This document shows, piece by piece, positions 23,358-36,229 of a stretch of 64,000 nt of DNA. Source of the stretch: Octopus vulgaris (lineage: Eukaryota). Each line of letters begins with the position of its first letter. Position 1 is the stretch's first letter. A program made the position numbers and the translations under genes. The DNA lies in assembly GCA_951406725.2 (NCBI GenBank), contig OX597816.1, positions 143,716,001 to 143,780,000 of the forward strand, written 5' to 3'. Under the pieces are notes generated by a model. The model searched no databases. It was not told where the DNA came from and saw only the letters and a list, made by a program, of their open reading frames with translations.

Positions 23358-26300
23358 TCATCATCATCATCAGCAGCAGCAATGGTAGTATATTTTAGAA
23401 CTTTATTCAATTGATTGTTCATCAAGTGCCAAAGGTGACATTAAAAATATCGTTGATAAAGCGGGAATTTGATCCATTGATAGTCAAGATTAAAAGGCTT
23501 AAACTGTGGTAACGAAAAAGTTAATGCGTTCTCGAGTTTCATTGATCTTAATGAACGAAAATTTAAAACACCGGTTCACAACTTCTCTTTTTAGTTGGGC
23601 GCACACACCTCTGCAGAAAAGGCTGGTGTCTCGTCTTGAAGTGAGTGAAAGCAATGTAATATGAAATATGCAACCATAACAAAGCGCTTGCAGATTTGCC
23701 TATGTGACATGTAAAACTAGCACCTCAGAATTCAGTTGTTGTTGTTGTTGTTTTTTTTTCCTTTCTGAGTATTGAGTAAAAAGTACGATCTAAACAAACG
23801 ATTTGTGAGTAACCCCAAGATAAATTACGACATTTAAATTTTGACGTTAGCATCCACAACTTTTGACGTATTTCCTGAAATTTCAACACTCGCGTACAAG
23901 CGTGGCTCGTGAAACACTGTTTAGCAGTAAATGAACGACTGTCCTAATTCTCTAGCTATCTCAACTTACCGCTTCAGGCTCCAGTATGCCTAGTCTCTTT
24001 GGAGGGTCAATGATTGAAGTTTCCGTCTCCCTTTCTCTCTCTCTTATTCTCCCGTACTCATTACAATGTTACATGTAAAGACTGAAAGGCTAGTTATTGA
24101 TATTATAAAATGTTATAAAAACGAAAATACCGCAACATTACTAGAGAAAAAAGTGCAAGAGAGGGAGTGGGGTAGAGAGAGACGGATAGAGAAAATGGAG
24201 GAAGATAAAATAAACAATTTGATACATTACTTTAGACAAACAGTTAGTGGGGTAGGGGTTTACTTAAGAAATTCATTCACAATATTATCTGAGATTAAGT
24301 ACTTTTTAAAAACATCCTAGTTTAATACTCGTACGAGATCAGTGGAGGAAAAAGTAACATCTCTATGATTCGTCTTTGATTTCTGTAAAAAGTGTCTCTC
24401 TTTTCCGAAACAATTAATGATCTTTGGAAAAAGTAGGAGAGTCTCGGTGTTATTTTAACTCTTCTGTATAAATATTTGGAGCTTTTCGCCCAACCATAAC
24501 AAAGTCTTGTTCATACAACACTATCAACAATACAAACAGCTCAAAAACCATACTTTGTAATCTTAAAAAAGAAAGCACACGTTCTTAGATATTTTTTGTC
24601 TGAAATTTTTTACAAAAAAAAAAAAAATGGTGGACTTTGATTATGGTTCTCTGCCGGATCAGAACTTCATGGGGATAAGCAAAAACAAGGTGAATTATGC
24701 ATATCTGTCTCGTCCTCCCGTTTTTTTTCTTTTTAAGATATATATGTTTGTTCTTATGTTCAGTTATAATAAAAATCTACTGGATTACAATCCGACGATG
24801 GCTTAGCTGGTAGAAACTTACAAGTCACTGTCAACAACATGTATGTATGTATGTATGTATGTATGTATGTATGTATGTATGTATGTATGTATGTATGTAT
24901 GTATGTGTGTGAATGTATGTATGTGTGTGTGTGTATGTATGTATGTATGTATGTATGTATGTATGTATGTATGTGTGTGAATGTATGTATGTGTGTGAAT
25001 GTATGTATGTATGTATGTATGTATGTATGTATGTATGCAGTAAAAGTGTATGTTTACTGTCCTACTTTTCAATTGCTATGTTGACAAATAATATAAACAA
25101 TAACATACAAAGAAAAGAAAAGGACTGTGATACACAATGGCCAAAAATAAGCAGAAATCCGACATAAAAGAAATAGTTGCATATGAAGTGCCTCTGATGC
25201 AGTGGACATGTGCAGCTAGCGTATATAATCATACACACATGCATACATAGATATGTATGTACATACATGCCCCCAAAGACAAGCAGAAATGAATAAAAAT
25301 ATCCACAAACAGCAAACATACACACATATATATAATTTGTCTCACTAAGATATTTTACAAGATGTGGCTTGTAGAATTATTTCTTTATATAAATAGAAAT
25401 TAAATCTGTTCACTTTATGCAATGATCAGCATAGAGGCAAATGTGTTATATATAGAAAGAAAAAAAATTAAACTGTCGCGAGTCGAAAGCCAATTTTGCC
25501 TAACGTTGGCAGCAATTACATACCACATTGCTAAATGTCACCGGGAAAGGAATATAGGTCATAACTTTCCCTTACCCTGCTTCCTTATATATCTGGTATA
25601 TTGGGTCTAATTACAAGATAGATCAACGATAGCAATAGCAATGAGGAAAGTATATAATACATAATGATATAAAGTAGCTCTAATTTAATTATCTCCACGT
25701 TTCTCTCTTAATTACACGAAACCAAATACAGTAACTCAGTTTCGAATCCTGGATGCTACTATTTCACTTCACTGGACCTAAGTTATTAATAATGATTTTG
25801 GGAAAGCAATAGTTTTTAAACCTTCCTCATTTTCTCTCAAATCTAAGGGCTCCAGGCATTTCTGATAACATCTAGTGTAGTATTTTTGAAATGGTTGGTT
25901 GGTTGTTAGCCCTCACTAAAAAGGTTCTCTGAGGATTGAAAATTGTGTAGACAGAATACCATGAGTAATGACGCTGAGATTTAAAACATCATAATGAATA
26001 AAGAGGAAGCGGTGAGATTTTGGAATAACTGTCCCTTGGGAATGAAAAAGGACAGAAATGAAGGTGTGAGTAAAATGTCAAAAATTAAAATTTTTAGATA
26101 TTTTTTTTCTTTTCAGAATCTTAATTTTTGTCGTATGAAACTCAATAATAATGAGAAATATATGAAGGGGAAAAATACCACTATTTTCCTCTCCAAGTAG
26201 CAGCTACTCCAAAACTCTGCTGAAGAATTATATCGGTGTAAATTCTATTTGATCCTCTCAATAAAAAGTAGAGGTGGGAGCAAAAGGTTTCATCAGTAAC

Positions 26301-28086
26301 ATGTTTGGAGCAGTCAGCTTGAGAACAGTTGACTTAGTGTACTTATTAATGACTGTTTCCCCATCGAAGACTATTTCGTGAGATGCGTTGCCCCATTTCA
26401 GACCGTATGGTTAAATTTGTAGGTATGCGTGTCATCTATTGATATCCATTAATTTTATAGAGGATATATCATTTAACTGTGCTTTGAGACCTCATAAGCA
26501 AAAAAAGTATTTTTTTCTCTTTTATGGTTGAGAGGTGAATATTGTAAATGAAAGCTTATCGACTGTTTCAAACTACTGAAACAATATTCATGCGTATGGT
26601 TAAGAAAAGATGTGAAGTTTGTTCATTTAGTAGAAGTAATCCAAGTTTTGAGCAGAGGAACGTCCATTTTCCACGGAAAGACAATACATTTTTTCTCTCT
26701 ACAGACAAAATCTTAACTCCTTCCTAAATATGTTGATGTTCTTGACTAAATAATTAAATAGAATCAGCAATTCTTTTTAATTACTTACATATACGTACTT
26801 TCAAGCAAATTACAATGTAATGCATACACACACACACATAGAGTACAATGTATATATACTTGTACTGAAAAGTATAATATCAATACACGTGCCTTTTGTA
26901 GTGTCTGTGTGTGTGTGTGTGATCTAATTTCAAATGTCAAACTATTTTTCTTGAGCCTACACACGACGAGCTCAAGCAAATTTCTATACTTAAAAATCAG
27001 TTTAACTAGCCAGTCAAGAAACAAACTGTATGCATATCCTCTCTCTCACACCCATACTGCTTATATACACATGTAAATACATGTGTGCATACACACAAAG
27101 AGACGTCCTTAATATAGATATTTACACACAAAAACACAAACATTTAGAATAAATATAACTTCTAGGGTGGAGAGCACCACAGTATAATGCTCCTCATTAA
27201 CTTACTCGGTAACTTATTGTCCTACATTCAAATGGAGTGAATAAAATAAGGAATATCAGCAATATATGCCGAGACGCATTCTATCGTATTGCCCCTGCCC
27301 ACTCCTTGAGGAAGTTGTCATCGAGAACCCATCAACAGAAATAATATAACTATGGCTCAGTATAATCATCAGATGAGCCGAGTTTCATTCCAAGCCATAA
27401 CGATTTTCTTATTCTTAGTATCACCAATATTTTCGAAAAAAGATTATCATACAATTTGATTTCAGACCAAATATTGCCTGATTTCCAATACTACTGTATA
27501 TTAGAAATGTCCTCGAAGAAGCGAAAACAGTGGGTAAGGTTTCAAGTCCAATATACGACGAATTCATTCTTCTGGTTTCGATGACATAAATACTGGTAAA
27601 AAATATATTAAGGATGATTATGATAATTAGAAACCCTCTCACCTTGATTGATAATTTCTTTTCTACTCGACGAAAGAATAGATATTATTTATATTAAATG
27701 GCAACTAGATGTTACTTAGCGAGAAGTTAATCTTGATCCAAGTGATCGATGGTTGAATACATTTTCATCTTGGTCATCTATGCAATCCTTTATTTATTGT
27801 ATTTATCAAAATGCTAGAGTTCCCGTTTCAAACTATGTCAACATTTGACAAATCCTTCATGTGTAAGAAAGGTATTATTTTGAGTATATTCAGGTGACTT
27901 GCTTCTCTCCCGTGGCATTAGAATAGTGAGAATAAATAGAGTTAGAAACCTTTTAATCTCTTCAACTCATTAAAAAAAAAAAAAAAGAGAATACATATCT
28001 AAGTTTTGTATTGATTCGTTCAAAACCGGTAGAAAACAATCAAGATTAGTTTGGAGTTGGGTAAGACAACACCACCACCACCACCA

Positions 28087-28148
<62 letters not shown>

Positions 28149-28196
28149 ATAACGACGACGACGACGTTGATGATGATGATGATGATGATAGATAGA

Positions 28197-28230
<34 letters not shown>

Positions 28231-28663
28231 AATAAGGCCACTGCCAAGTGTCAGAAATTACAAGGGTTAATAATGAAGAATTATAAGTATCTAGAGTTCG
28301 GAAAGCCATCGAACCTTAACTAGCTAAATATATATAAACTGTGTAACATTAATTTAACATCAGAGAATTGAAAATTGCTTGTAATGCTTGTTATGGAAAT
28401 ATTAAAATGAAAATATGAAGCGATGCTAGTCCCTTAAGTTGATTTTAATCCAGGGAGATAAGTATGGCACGGATCCAAATATTTGTGAAATATACTTTTC
28501 ATGAATGATCCATTAAGTTCGTAAACCGAATAGAAAAACAATAGAAATTGTCGTTATTCTCATTGGAGAAGAAGACGATTTCCTCATCAATTGGGATGTG
28601 CATGGAATGTGCACCCTGTAATTCTTTGAGTGTGTACGGTATGAGAAATTTCAGGACTATATA

Positions 28664-28711
<48 letters not shown>

Positions 28712-28761
28712 TATATATAGTATATATATATTTATATATATGTATATGTATATATGCATAT

Positions 28762-29080
28762 GTCATGAGTGACCATGGGTTTGTACCTAGAGAGTTACCC
28801 TCTGAGGCACAAGTCTGGGCAAGGTTTTTTTATGGAAGACCAGTAGTCGCCCATGCATACCGGCCTCCCCTCTCCACGCCACCAGTGTTATCCAAGGGAA
28901 AGACAAAGGTCGATACAGCTTGGCACCTGTGACGTCGCAACTCATTTCTACAGCTGAGTGAACTGGAGCAACGTGAAATAAAGTGTCTTGCTCAAGAACA
29001 CAACACACAGCCCGGTCCGGGATTCGAGCTCACAACCTCACGATCGTAAGCTCGATGATCTAACCACTGAGCCATGCGGG
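28762..29080 (-). mobile_element. tRNA-derived SINE, family C (Meta/V-like core), in DUSP intron 1
   Basis: Minus strand: A-box TGGCTCAGTGG, B-box-like GCTCGAATCCC, then TGTGTTCTTGAGCAAGACACTTTA. Decayed relative at ~49080-49225. Confidence 0.8.
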
Positions 29081-29287
29081 TCAAGATATATGTATATATA
29101 TATATGAATATATATGTGTGTATATATATATATATGTATATATATACATGTGTAAATATGTGTGTATATATATATATATATATGTGTGTGTGTATATATG
29201 TATATATATGTATGTAGATATATTTATATATTTATATATATGTATATGTATATATATGTATATGTATGTAGATATATATATATATAG

Positions 29288-29407
<120 letters not shown>

Positions 29408-29690
29408 ATGACAAACGAGAGAGGGAGAGAAATCGTTAAACTACTCAAAAGTAATATGTTATTTCAAAAATAGATTAATAGTGACACATAAATCAGCATA
29501 GTGATAGACGGTAAAGGAAGATATGAGGTTAAATATGTGATGTGTACCCCCCGCAAATTAAAACAAAACAAAACAATAAAAACAATGTCTTTCTAAATAG
29601 ATATACAAGAAGAAAGTAGTAAATGTAAAAATAGAAACAATTTAGCAACAATGAACAGTAGTCGTAGTAAACATAAAAACATGAACGTAC

Positions 29691-30072
29691 CAAGCAAGTA
29701 GCAAGCAGAACACCCTTCTTGGCGCAATTTTTCTAATAATAAATTCAAAAAACTGGATGGATTTGCGTTTAGATCTGTAGAGCAGTCATCATAAAGTACA
29801 ATTTTGTGTGTTTTCCAATGTCGTTTAAATCTGTGGTTTGCATCATTGTTATGTATAATACCAAGGATGTTAAGATTTCCCGTTTTCAGTCGTTTCTGGA
29901 GTAATGCTGGCATGGTGATGTTAATAGCTCCGATAATATGCCGGCGTGCGAACTCGCATTGGCTTCGACAATCGAGTAATGGCAGTTCGTGCCCAGCTCT
30001 TAGTTGAGCTCTCAAGCATTCTGGAGTGAAATAATCATCCATTGTAATGTGAGCACTCTCTAGACAAGGCAT
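29691..30072 (-). CDS. DUSP6: MKP3-type dual-specificity MAPK phosphatase, coding exon 1 (rhodanese / MAPK-binding domain)
   Basis: ATG at 30072; MPCLES...LLDCRSQCEFARRHIIGAINITMPALLQKRLKTGNL...IVLYDD...LLLEKLRQEGCSACYLL-G, then GTACGT donor at 29690. Phase 1 joins exon 2 to give YLLGGF. Confidence 0.93.
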
Positions 30073-31015
30073 CTGAAAAGTGTCGTGGTGGTTTGAAGCA
30101 AAATGTGAAACGGATGAAGGTAAGGGAAAATATGAAATCCCTAGGAAATATTTTCTCCAAAGGTGAAGCGAAGAAAACGGATGGTTGAAAATCACTCGTA
30201 AATAACAAACAAACCAAACAAACAAACTTAAATAAAAATAAACAAACTCGTTCACAATTAATTTTCTCGTGTTCACTCACTCTTATAACACTGTCATACA
30301 CACGCTCGTTCAACTCCGTTTAATTCCGTTGCTTCTTTGATTCTTATAAATAAATAAGTTTTCTTTTTGTTTTTTTAGTAGTAATTCCTTGTGGTTCCAA
30401 AGCTTCCCTTTTGTGAAATATATATATACAGATATATCTATACATATATATTTTAGAAGAAAAGTCAGTGTAGGTAATATTCCATTATCAACGATTAATT
30501 CATAGAAGATTTCGATTAATTAGTTCTTAATTAGAAACAACAATCTTCGTCGTTTGCTTCCTTCAAATGTAATTATTGTTGTTTGTCTTATTCCTTGAAA
30601 TTTTTTCACTCAAATTATTACGTGACATTTTAATTTCCATTTTAAAGAATTTAATTTCTTTAAAATTCTTTCAATCTTCTCATTCGTTATGTCATTTCGC
30701 TGGAGTTTTCTGAAATGTGCCGAGTTCGTGTTTTTAACTTATTGTACTCGTTCCGTTTATTTGTTTTGAAAGTTTTTTTTTCTTTATTTTGGTTTGTTAT
30801 TAACTCAAACGAGAATCTTAATCTTCTTTGTAAATGTGTTTTATCGTTTCTTTCTCGAATCCGTTAGATCAACTTTGACATATCTTTACTGTGAAAAGAA
30901 TATGTATTAAAAAAAAAATCATGTATCGCAACTGCTGGTGAGAAATCAAGCTACTTCTCTCTAATAAAGTAGCCTTGTTTCTGAGGTTTACTCACTCGAT
31001 CTCTTCTCACTAGCG

Positions 31016-31131
31016 TTTTAAAATGGAATACTACAACGAAAGTAAATAAATACAGCCAATGGTTGAAGTAGTTACTTATAGTGGCGAGAGCTCCGCCCTC
31101 TCAGCTTACATGAAACGTATAACTTATATGG
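31016..31131 (-). promoter_or_regulatory. Candidate core promoter of the DUSP gene
   Basis: In transcription order: CArG-like CCATATAAGT (31131-31122), GC box GGGCGG (31098-31093), CCAAT (31056-60), forkhead-like GTAAATA (31042-48), TATA-like TTTTAAAA (31016-23). Implies a TSS near 30990 and a ~0.9 kb leader. Confidence 0.5.
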
Positions 31132-31623
31132 GCAAAGTCAAACTATTCTCACGACATTAACACTCCCGCTCCTCTCTTTCACATCATCTTCACTCTGGGT
31201 TTCGCTCTAAATATCCTTCCTATTTTACATGTGTGTGTACGCGTGTGTGTGTGTATGCAAGTGTCAGTTTTTAGCCCAACCTCCTCCTTAGCTTTATTTT
31301 CAGCCTTCCTCACTCCCATTCATTCTCTGACCCAAAAATTCTTACTCATATAATTATAGATACATGCAGGAAAGATCGCACACACGGACACACAAAGTAG
31401 TCTAAGGCGCGCGCAGACACACACGCACGCACGCACGCACAAGCACACTAACACACACAGACACACACACATACTTTATTCATTAACAGCTTCTTTCTTT
31501 CACTAACTCAAACTTTTCGCGCACATGGAAACCTCCCCCTCTCTCTCTCTCCACTTCTATATCTCTCACTTTTTGCTCTCTCTCTATTCCCCTCTTCCAC
31601 TTTACATCAGTTTCTCTCTCACC

Positions 31624-31696
<73 letters not shown>

Positions 31697-31830
31697 CCTA
31701 TACATACGTACATACATATATATATCTGCCCCTTTCTATCTCATAATCACATACACACACACACAACTACCATGCATGTACATGCACCAATTTGCACACA
31801 CATACACACACGCACGCACACACACATACA

Positions 31831-31879
<49 letters not shown>

Positions 31880-32813
31880 TCACAGATCTATACACAGCAT
31901 ACAGCGAACGTTACGAAGAGAAGGAAAAACTCAAGTGGATCTCACTTTTACGATTATTCAACGAGACGCATAGTCTCATAATATAATATAAACGGCATGT
32001 GAAACCTTCACCTCCTACTTCCTCTGCAGCACACCTTCTTTCCCTCTCCCTCTCCCTCTCTCTGTTACTTTTGCTTCCGTCTCTCTCTCTCTCTCTCCCT
32101 TTTTTCTCGACTTTACTTACGCTATTTACACGCACACACATACACACATCTTGTCATCTTTCCTCACAAGCAGACATTCAACGTCGCATTTCTCCTTTCC
32201 CTCTTACAGGCCTGTTCGCCTGCCTTTCTCTCTCCCTCCCTCCCTCCCTCTCTACCCGTCTCTCTCTCTCTCTTCTTTCATCTCTATGTTTCTCTCTGTC
32301 GCTCTTTCTCATGCTATCTGTACCACTGCTTTAATCTCTCTATTTAGAGGGAAGCTTCTTTATAGCAATTATTAATCTCAACATTTCATCTATCTCCCCC
32401 TCTGTTCCTTTCTTCCTGTTTCTCTATCATCTCTTTCTAGCTCTTACTTTCACTCCCCTTTCATTCTTCCCAACACACTTTTTACACACACACACACAGT
32501 GACTCCTTGTATAAAGCCATTATTCTTCAGCACATCTTAACCCATCCCCTCTCTTATTCACCTTTGCCTTTCTCTTCATACACACACACACACACGCTGC
32601 CTGTTTGCTTGTCTGTCTGTCTGTCTGTTTGTCACTCCCTCACTTTCTCGTTAATTCTCCCTTCCTGTTCTTCTCCCTTATATTATTAGGTTTCCACGTT
32701 TCTTTCCCGCCTCTCTTCTCTCTAAGCTCAAATCATTTTTGCTTACAGCACGTACGTACTCAAGCACAGGCGAACATACCCGTAACCCATTAACTCTCTC
32801 TCTCTCACTTTCG

Positions 32814-32875
<62 letters not shown>

Positions 32876-33114
32876 CAACAATAGCAAAAATCACAGCGTA
32901 AAAATCCAGGATATCCCTGTTAGTGAGAAAATAGTATAAAAAAACTATATTACACCCTATTTCGGCGAGTGTAGATACATACTTATGCACATGCATACAT
33001 GCAATATGTGTGAGTGTGTGTGTGTATATATACATACATAAATATACATACGTGTATGTATATATATATATGTACGTATATATGTACGTGTATGTGAGTG
33101 TGTGTATATATATA

Positions 33115-33173
<59 letters not shown>

Positions 33174-33195
33174 GTATATGTATGTATGTATATCA

Positions 33196-33390
33196 TTCGC
33201 CATGATAGATCGCTAACCACTACGCGTTCTTTATTTTCTCTCCTTGTCTCCTTTTGTGTCCCTTTCTGTGGAAGAGCGTAGGCTCGAAACGTTAAAGACT
33301 TTTTCACTTCCCGAGCGTTAAACTAATACATCTGTTTGTTGTCTACACCACCTCTCTTTGTCTTTTGTTTTTTTTTATGAATTCTTCATG
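33196..33390 (+). mobile_element. Short repeat with a variant minimal hammerhead-like motif, between TA-rich tracts
   Basis: CCTTT-CTGTGGA-A-GAGC-GTAG-GCTC-GAAA-CG-TT-AAAGA at 33261-33298; second copy at 6555-7202(-). Confidence 0.65.
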
Positions 33391-33530
33391 TATATATATA
33401 TATATAAACTTTCATTCACACTTTGAATTTGGTGGTACTGGTAACGGCTTTAGCTCGCTCTGATACTGAGTTGAGATGATGCCTTCTAGTATCTCGAAAT
33501 TTAATATACAATTATTCATAATTGTAGTGT

Positions 33531-33621
33531 CCTACGCTGATGGGAAAAGAAGTTGGGTAAGATATAATTATCTAATTCTTATGCTTTCCTAAAACTTAAT
33601 TTCGAAACGTACGTCCGTAGG
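33531..33621 (+). ncRNA. Type I hammerhead ribozyme with one core substitution (CUGAUGG)
   Basis: CCTACG-CTGATGG-GAAA...TTTC-GAAA-CGTACG-TC-CGTAGG. Downstream 33700-33800 is homologous to 58760-58845. Confidence 0.75.
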
Positions 33622-33808
33622 TGACTTAAAATTGTATGATAGATTGTCGTCATTTCATTCTCTCTTACCTGTCTGTGTTTGCCTTTCAAGTGCTGTGTTT
33701 TTACTGAGATCTCCCTTTTAGTAGAAAGAATAGCTATAACTCTTTGACTGCTATTTCTAAATTTGGTGTGTGGTGAGGCAATTCGTTGCTAAACCCTTAA
33801 TTGCTTAG

Positions 33809-33898
<90 letters not shown>

Positions 33899-34844
33899 CT
33901 AGCTGACGTACCCAGTAATTCCCGGATAAGCGGGGCATATCCCTTGGTCCGTCCTCATAATTGTTTCGGTAATCCAGTAACAATACAAATTATGTAGTCC
34001 TTAAAACGGTTTTTGTGCATTTATTGATAATACCGAACTTGCACAGGATCTTGTTTTTAGGAATTCCCAATAAGTTATGAATACCCAAATTGTGAAGTCA
34101 TTTATGTACTAACATGAAATTAATTATCCGATAATAAGAATTCAAATAAAGTAGCCCCGAAAAGGGCTTTAACACGTTCCCAGAGTATATAGAACTTATG
34201 AGGAAATACTAAAAATGTATGTATACTAAAATCGGGCAGTATGTTGCGCAATAACAGGCTAATCAGATATGAGATAATAACAATTCAAAGTAAATAACTC
34301 TGAAAAAAGCTTTTATGCGTTCGCAGAGAATATTACCCTCAGCGGCGCTAGTGCTGGTATAATCGTGAATAAGCCAATAACCGAAATAAGTGGATTGATT
34401 GTTTAGGAAAATGCTATTTACTTCTTTAAATGTTGTACTGGATAAATTGCAAAAATAACTAAAATAGTTCAAATACTAAGAAATAAGCACACTCAATTTG
34501 ATTTCTACGAAATAATTTACGAACATGTATAGGTTATTTCCTTTGAGTATATACAAGGATCCCTTTCAGGAGCGAATGGGTTATTTCCCTTGGATGCTTA
34601 AAAATGATATATTCGTTATATGCAGTAGGTATAAGAATTCCTTCCAGGGGTCCTATTATCGATTTTTTCAACAATCTAAGTATGTCACTAATTTTCCAGA
34701 CATGAGTTTTACTCACGTTTCAAGTTTAATCACAATCGATAAAACGATGTAGAAGGAGTTAGATAACGCCACAAACAAACACACCCACAGATTTCCACAT
34801 GTGTAGTAGATGTATATGTGTGTGTGTCTGTGTGTGTGTTTGTA

Positions 34845-35030
34845 CGTCTGTATTTGTCCCCCACCATCGCTTGACAACCGGTGTAACATAGCGGTTCGGC
34901 AAAAAAGCCGACAGAATAAGTACTAGACTTACAAAGAAGAAGTCCTGGGACCGATTTGCTCGACTAAAAGGCGGTGCTCCAGCATGGCCGCAGTCAAATG
35001 ACTGAAATAAGTAAAAGAATAAAAGAATAT
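34845..35030 (+). mobile_element. SINE family A, 3' half
   Basis: Matches 425-625. Confidence 0.8.
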
Positions 35031-36229
35031 GGATAATGTATGTATATGCATACCTATAGTATACACATGAATGCGAGCGCGCGTGTGTTTGTGTATAGGG
35101 GAGAAAGAATGTACGTGTGGGTGTGTATGTGTATTTGGGCCTCAAGATTATTTGTGGATAAATAGGTCTGTGAGACGATGCCATTTGTTTTATTGCTAGA
35201 GTCAGTCAGAGATACATGTGTCCTTAAGAACCACCGTCACCAGATCCACCACCACCACCACCACCACCACCACCACCACCACCACCACCACTACTACTGC
35301 TACTTCTATAAGCCACCGAACAAATTTTATTTCTATTTCTCAGCTATATGTATGTTTATGTTAGTTATTTTAATGCATGTGTGCATGCGTGTCTGTTCGT
35401 TGCTCGTAAGCTTAAATCTTTCTATACACATAAGCACACATTACGTAGATAGTATTATATAATTCGGGTAGAAATTCCCCCTCCATCTAAATGTATAGAT
35501 ATGAAAATATGAGACCTTTTTTAGATACTTTTCTCATATTTTTAATTCTTCTGTGAAATATGAAAGGGTGCTCGTTTCCTTTGTCAGTTCTTTCTCGATT
35601 TATGTGACAACCACTCGTGATATTGACAACTACTATAGTTTGACTGGTAAAACGAATGTCTTTTGTCCAACTGCCGCTGACGAAGTGAATCGTCACCAAA
35701 ACATATAAATGTTTCGTGAAGTAACATGTGTATTTAAAGTTCAGTGTTCCAATTATTTCATTTGAATAGAAGTATAGTCATAGCACCTACGGCATTAAGC
35801 ATAATAGTTAAATAGGAATTTTTCAATGAGAAGAAAATCGTCCCCGCTCCCCACAAAAAAGGAGAGTTGGACTCTTCATTTTTGGAGGCAATGGACGGTT
35901 CGATAGGTTTCAAACAACATAACAACCTGTTTGAGTGAGAAAGAGAGAGGGAGAGAGAGAGAGAGATAGAGATAGAGAGAGAGAGAGAGAGAAAGAGAGA
36001 GATAGAGATAGAGAGAATGTTGGAAAGGGAGAAATAGACAGAGGAAGAGGGAAAAGAATTGTCCTCTTGTACAGTTTGGTTCCAAAGCCACATAATTCCG
36101 GGTTTAGTCCCACTGCGCGGCACTTTGGTTACGTGGTTTCTACTATAGTCTTTGACCGACTAAAACCTTGTGAGTGGATTTCGCAGATGGAAACTGTGAG
36201 AAGCCCGTCATTTATATATATATATATAT

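Noticed and set aside
29005-29080. tRNA gene
   Set aside because: A/B boxes continue into a SINE body; no convincing full cloverleaf. The same applies to heads at 232, 6714 and 63245.
29593-29690. Hydrophobic C-terminal tail (TFMFLCLL...) suggesting a membrane anchor
   Set aside because: Read-through past a good GT donor into intron 1.
30073-30276. 68-codon N-terminal extension of the phosphatase in the ORF track
   Set aside because: Starts at GTG, is low complexity and has no family similarity; ATG 30072 fits the family N-terminus better.
33897-34270. Helitron-like non-autonomous element (CTAG end next to TA repeat)
   Set aside because: Only a terminal resemblance; no second copy or hairpin support in the window.
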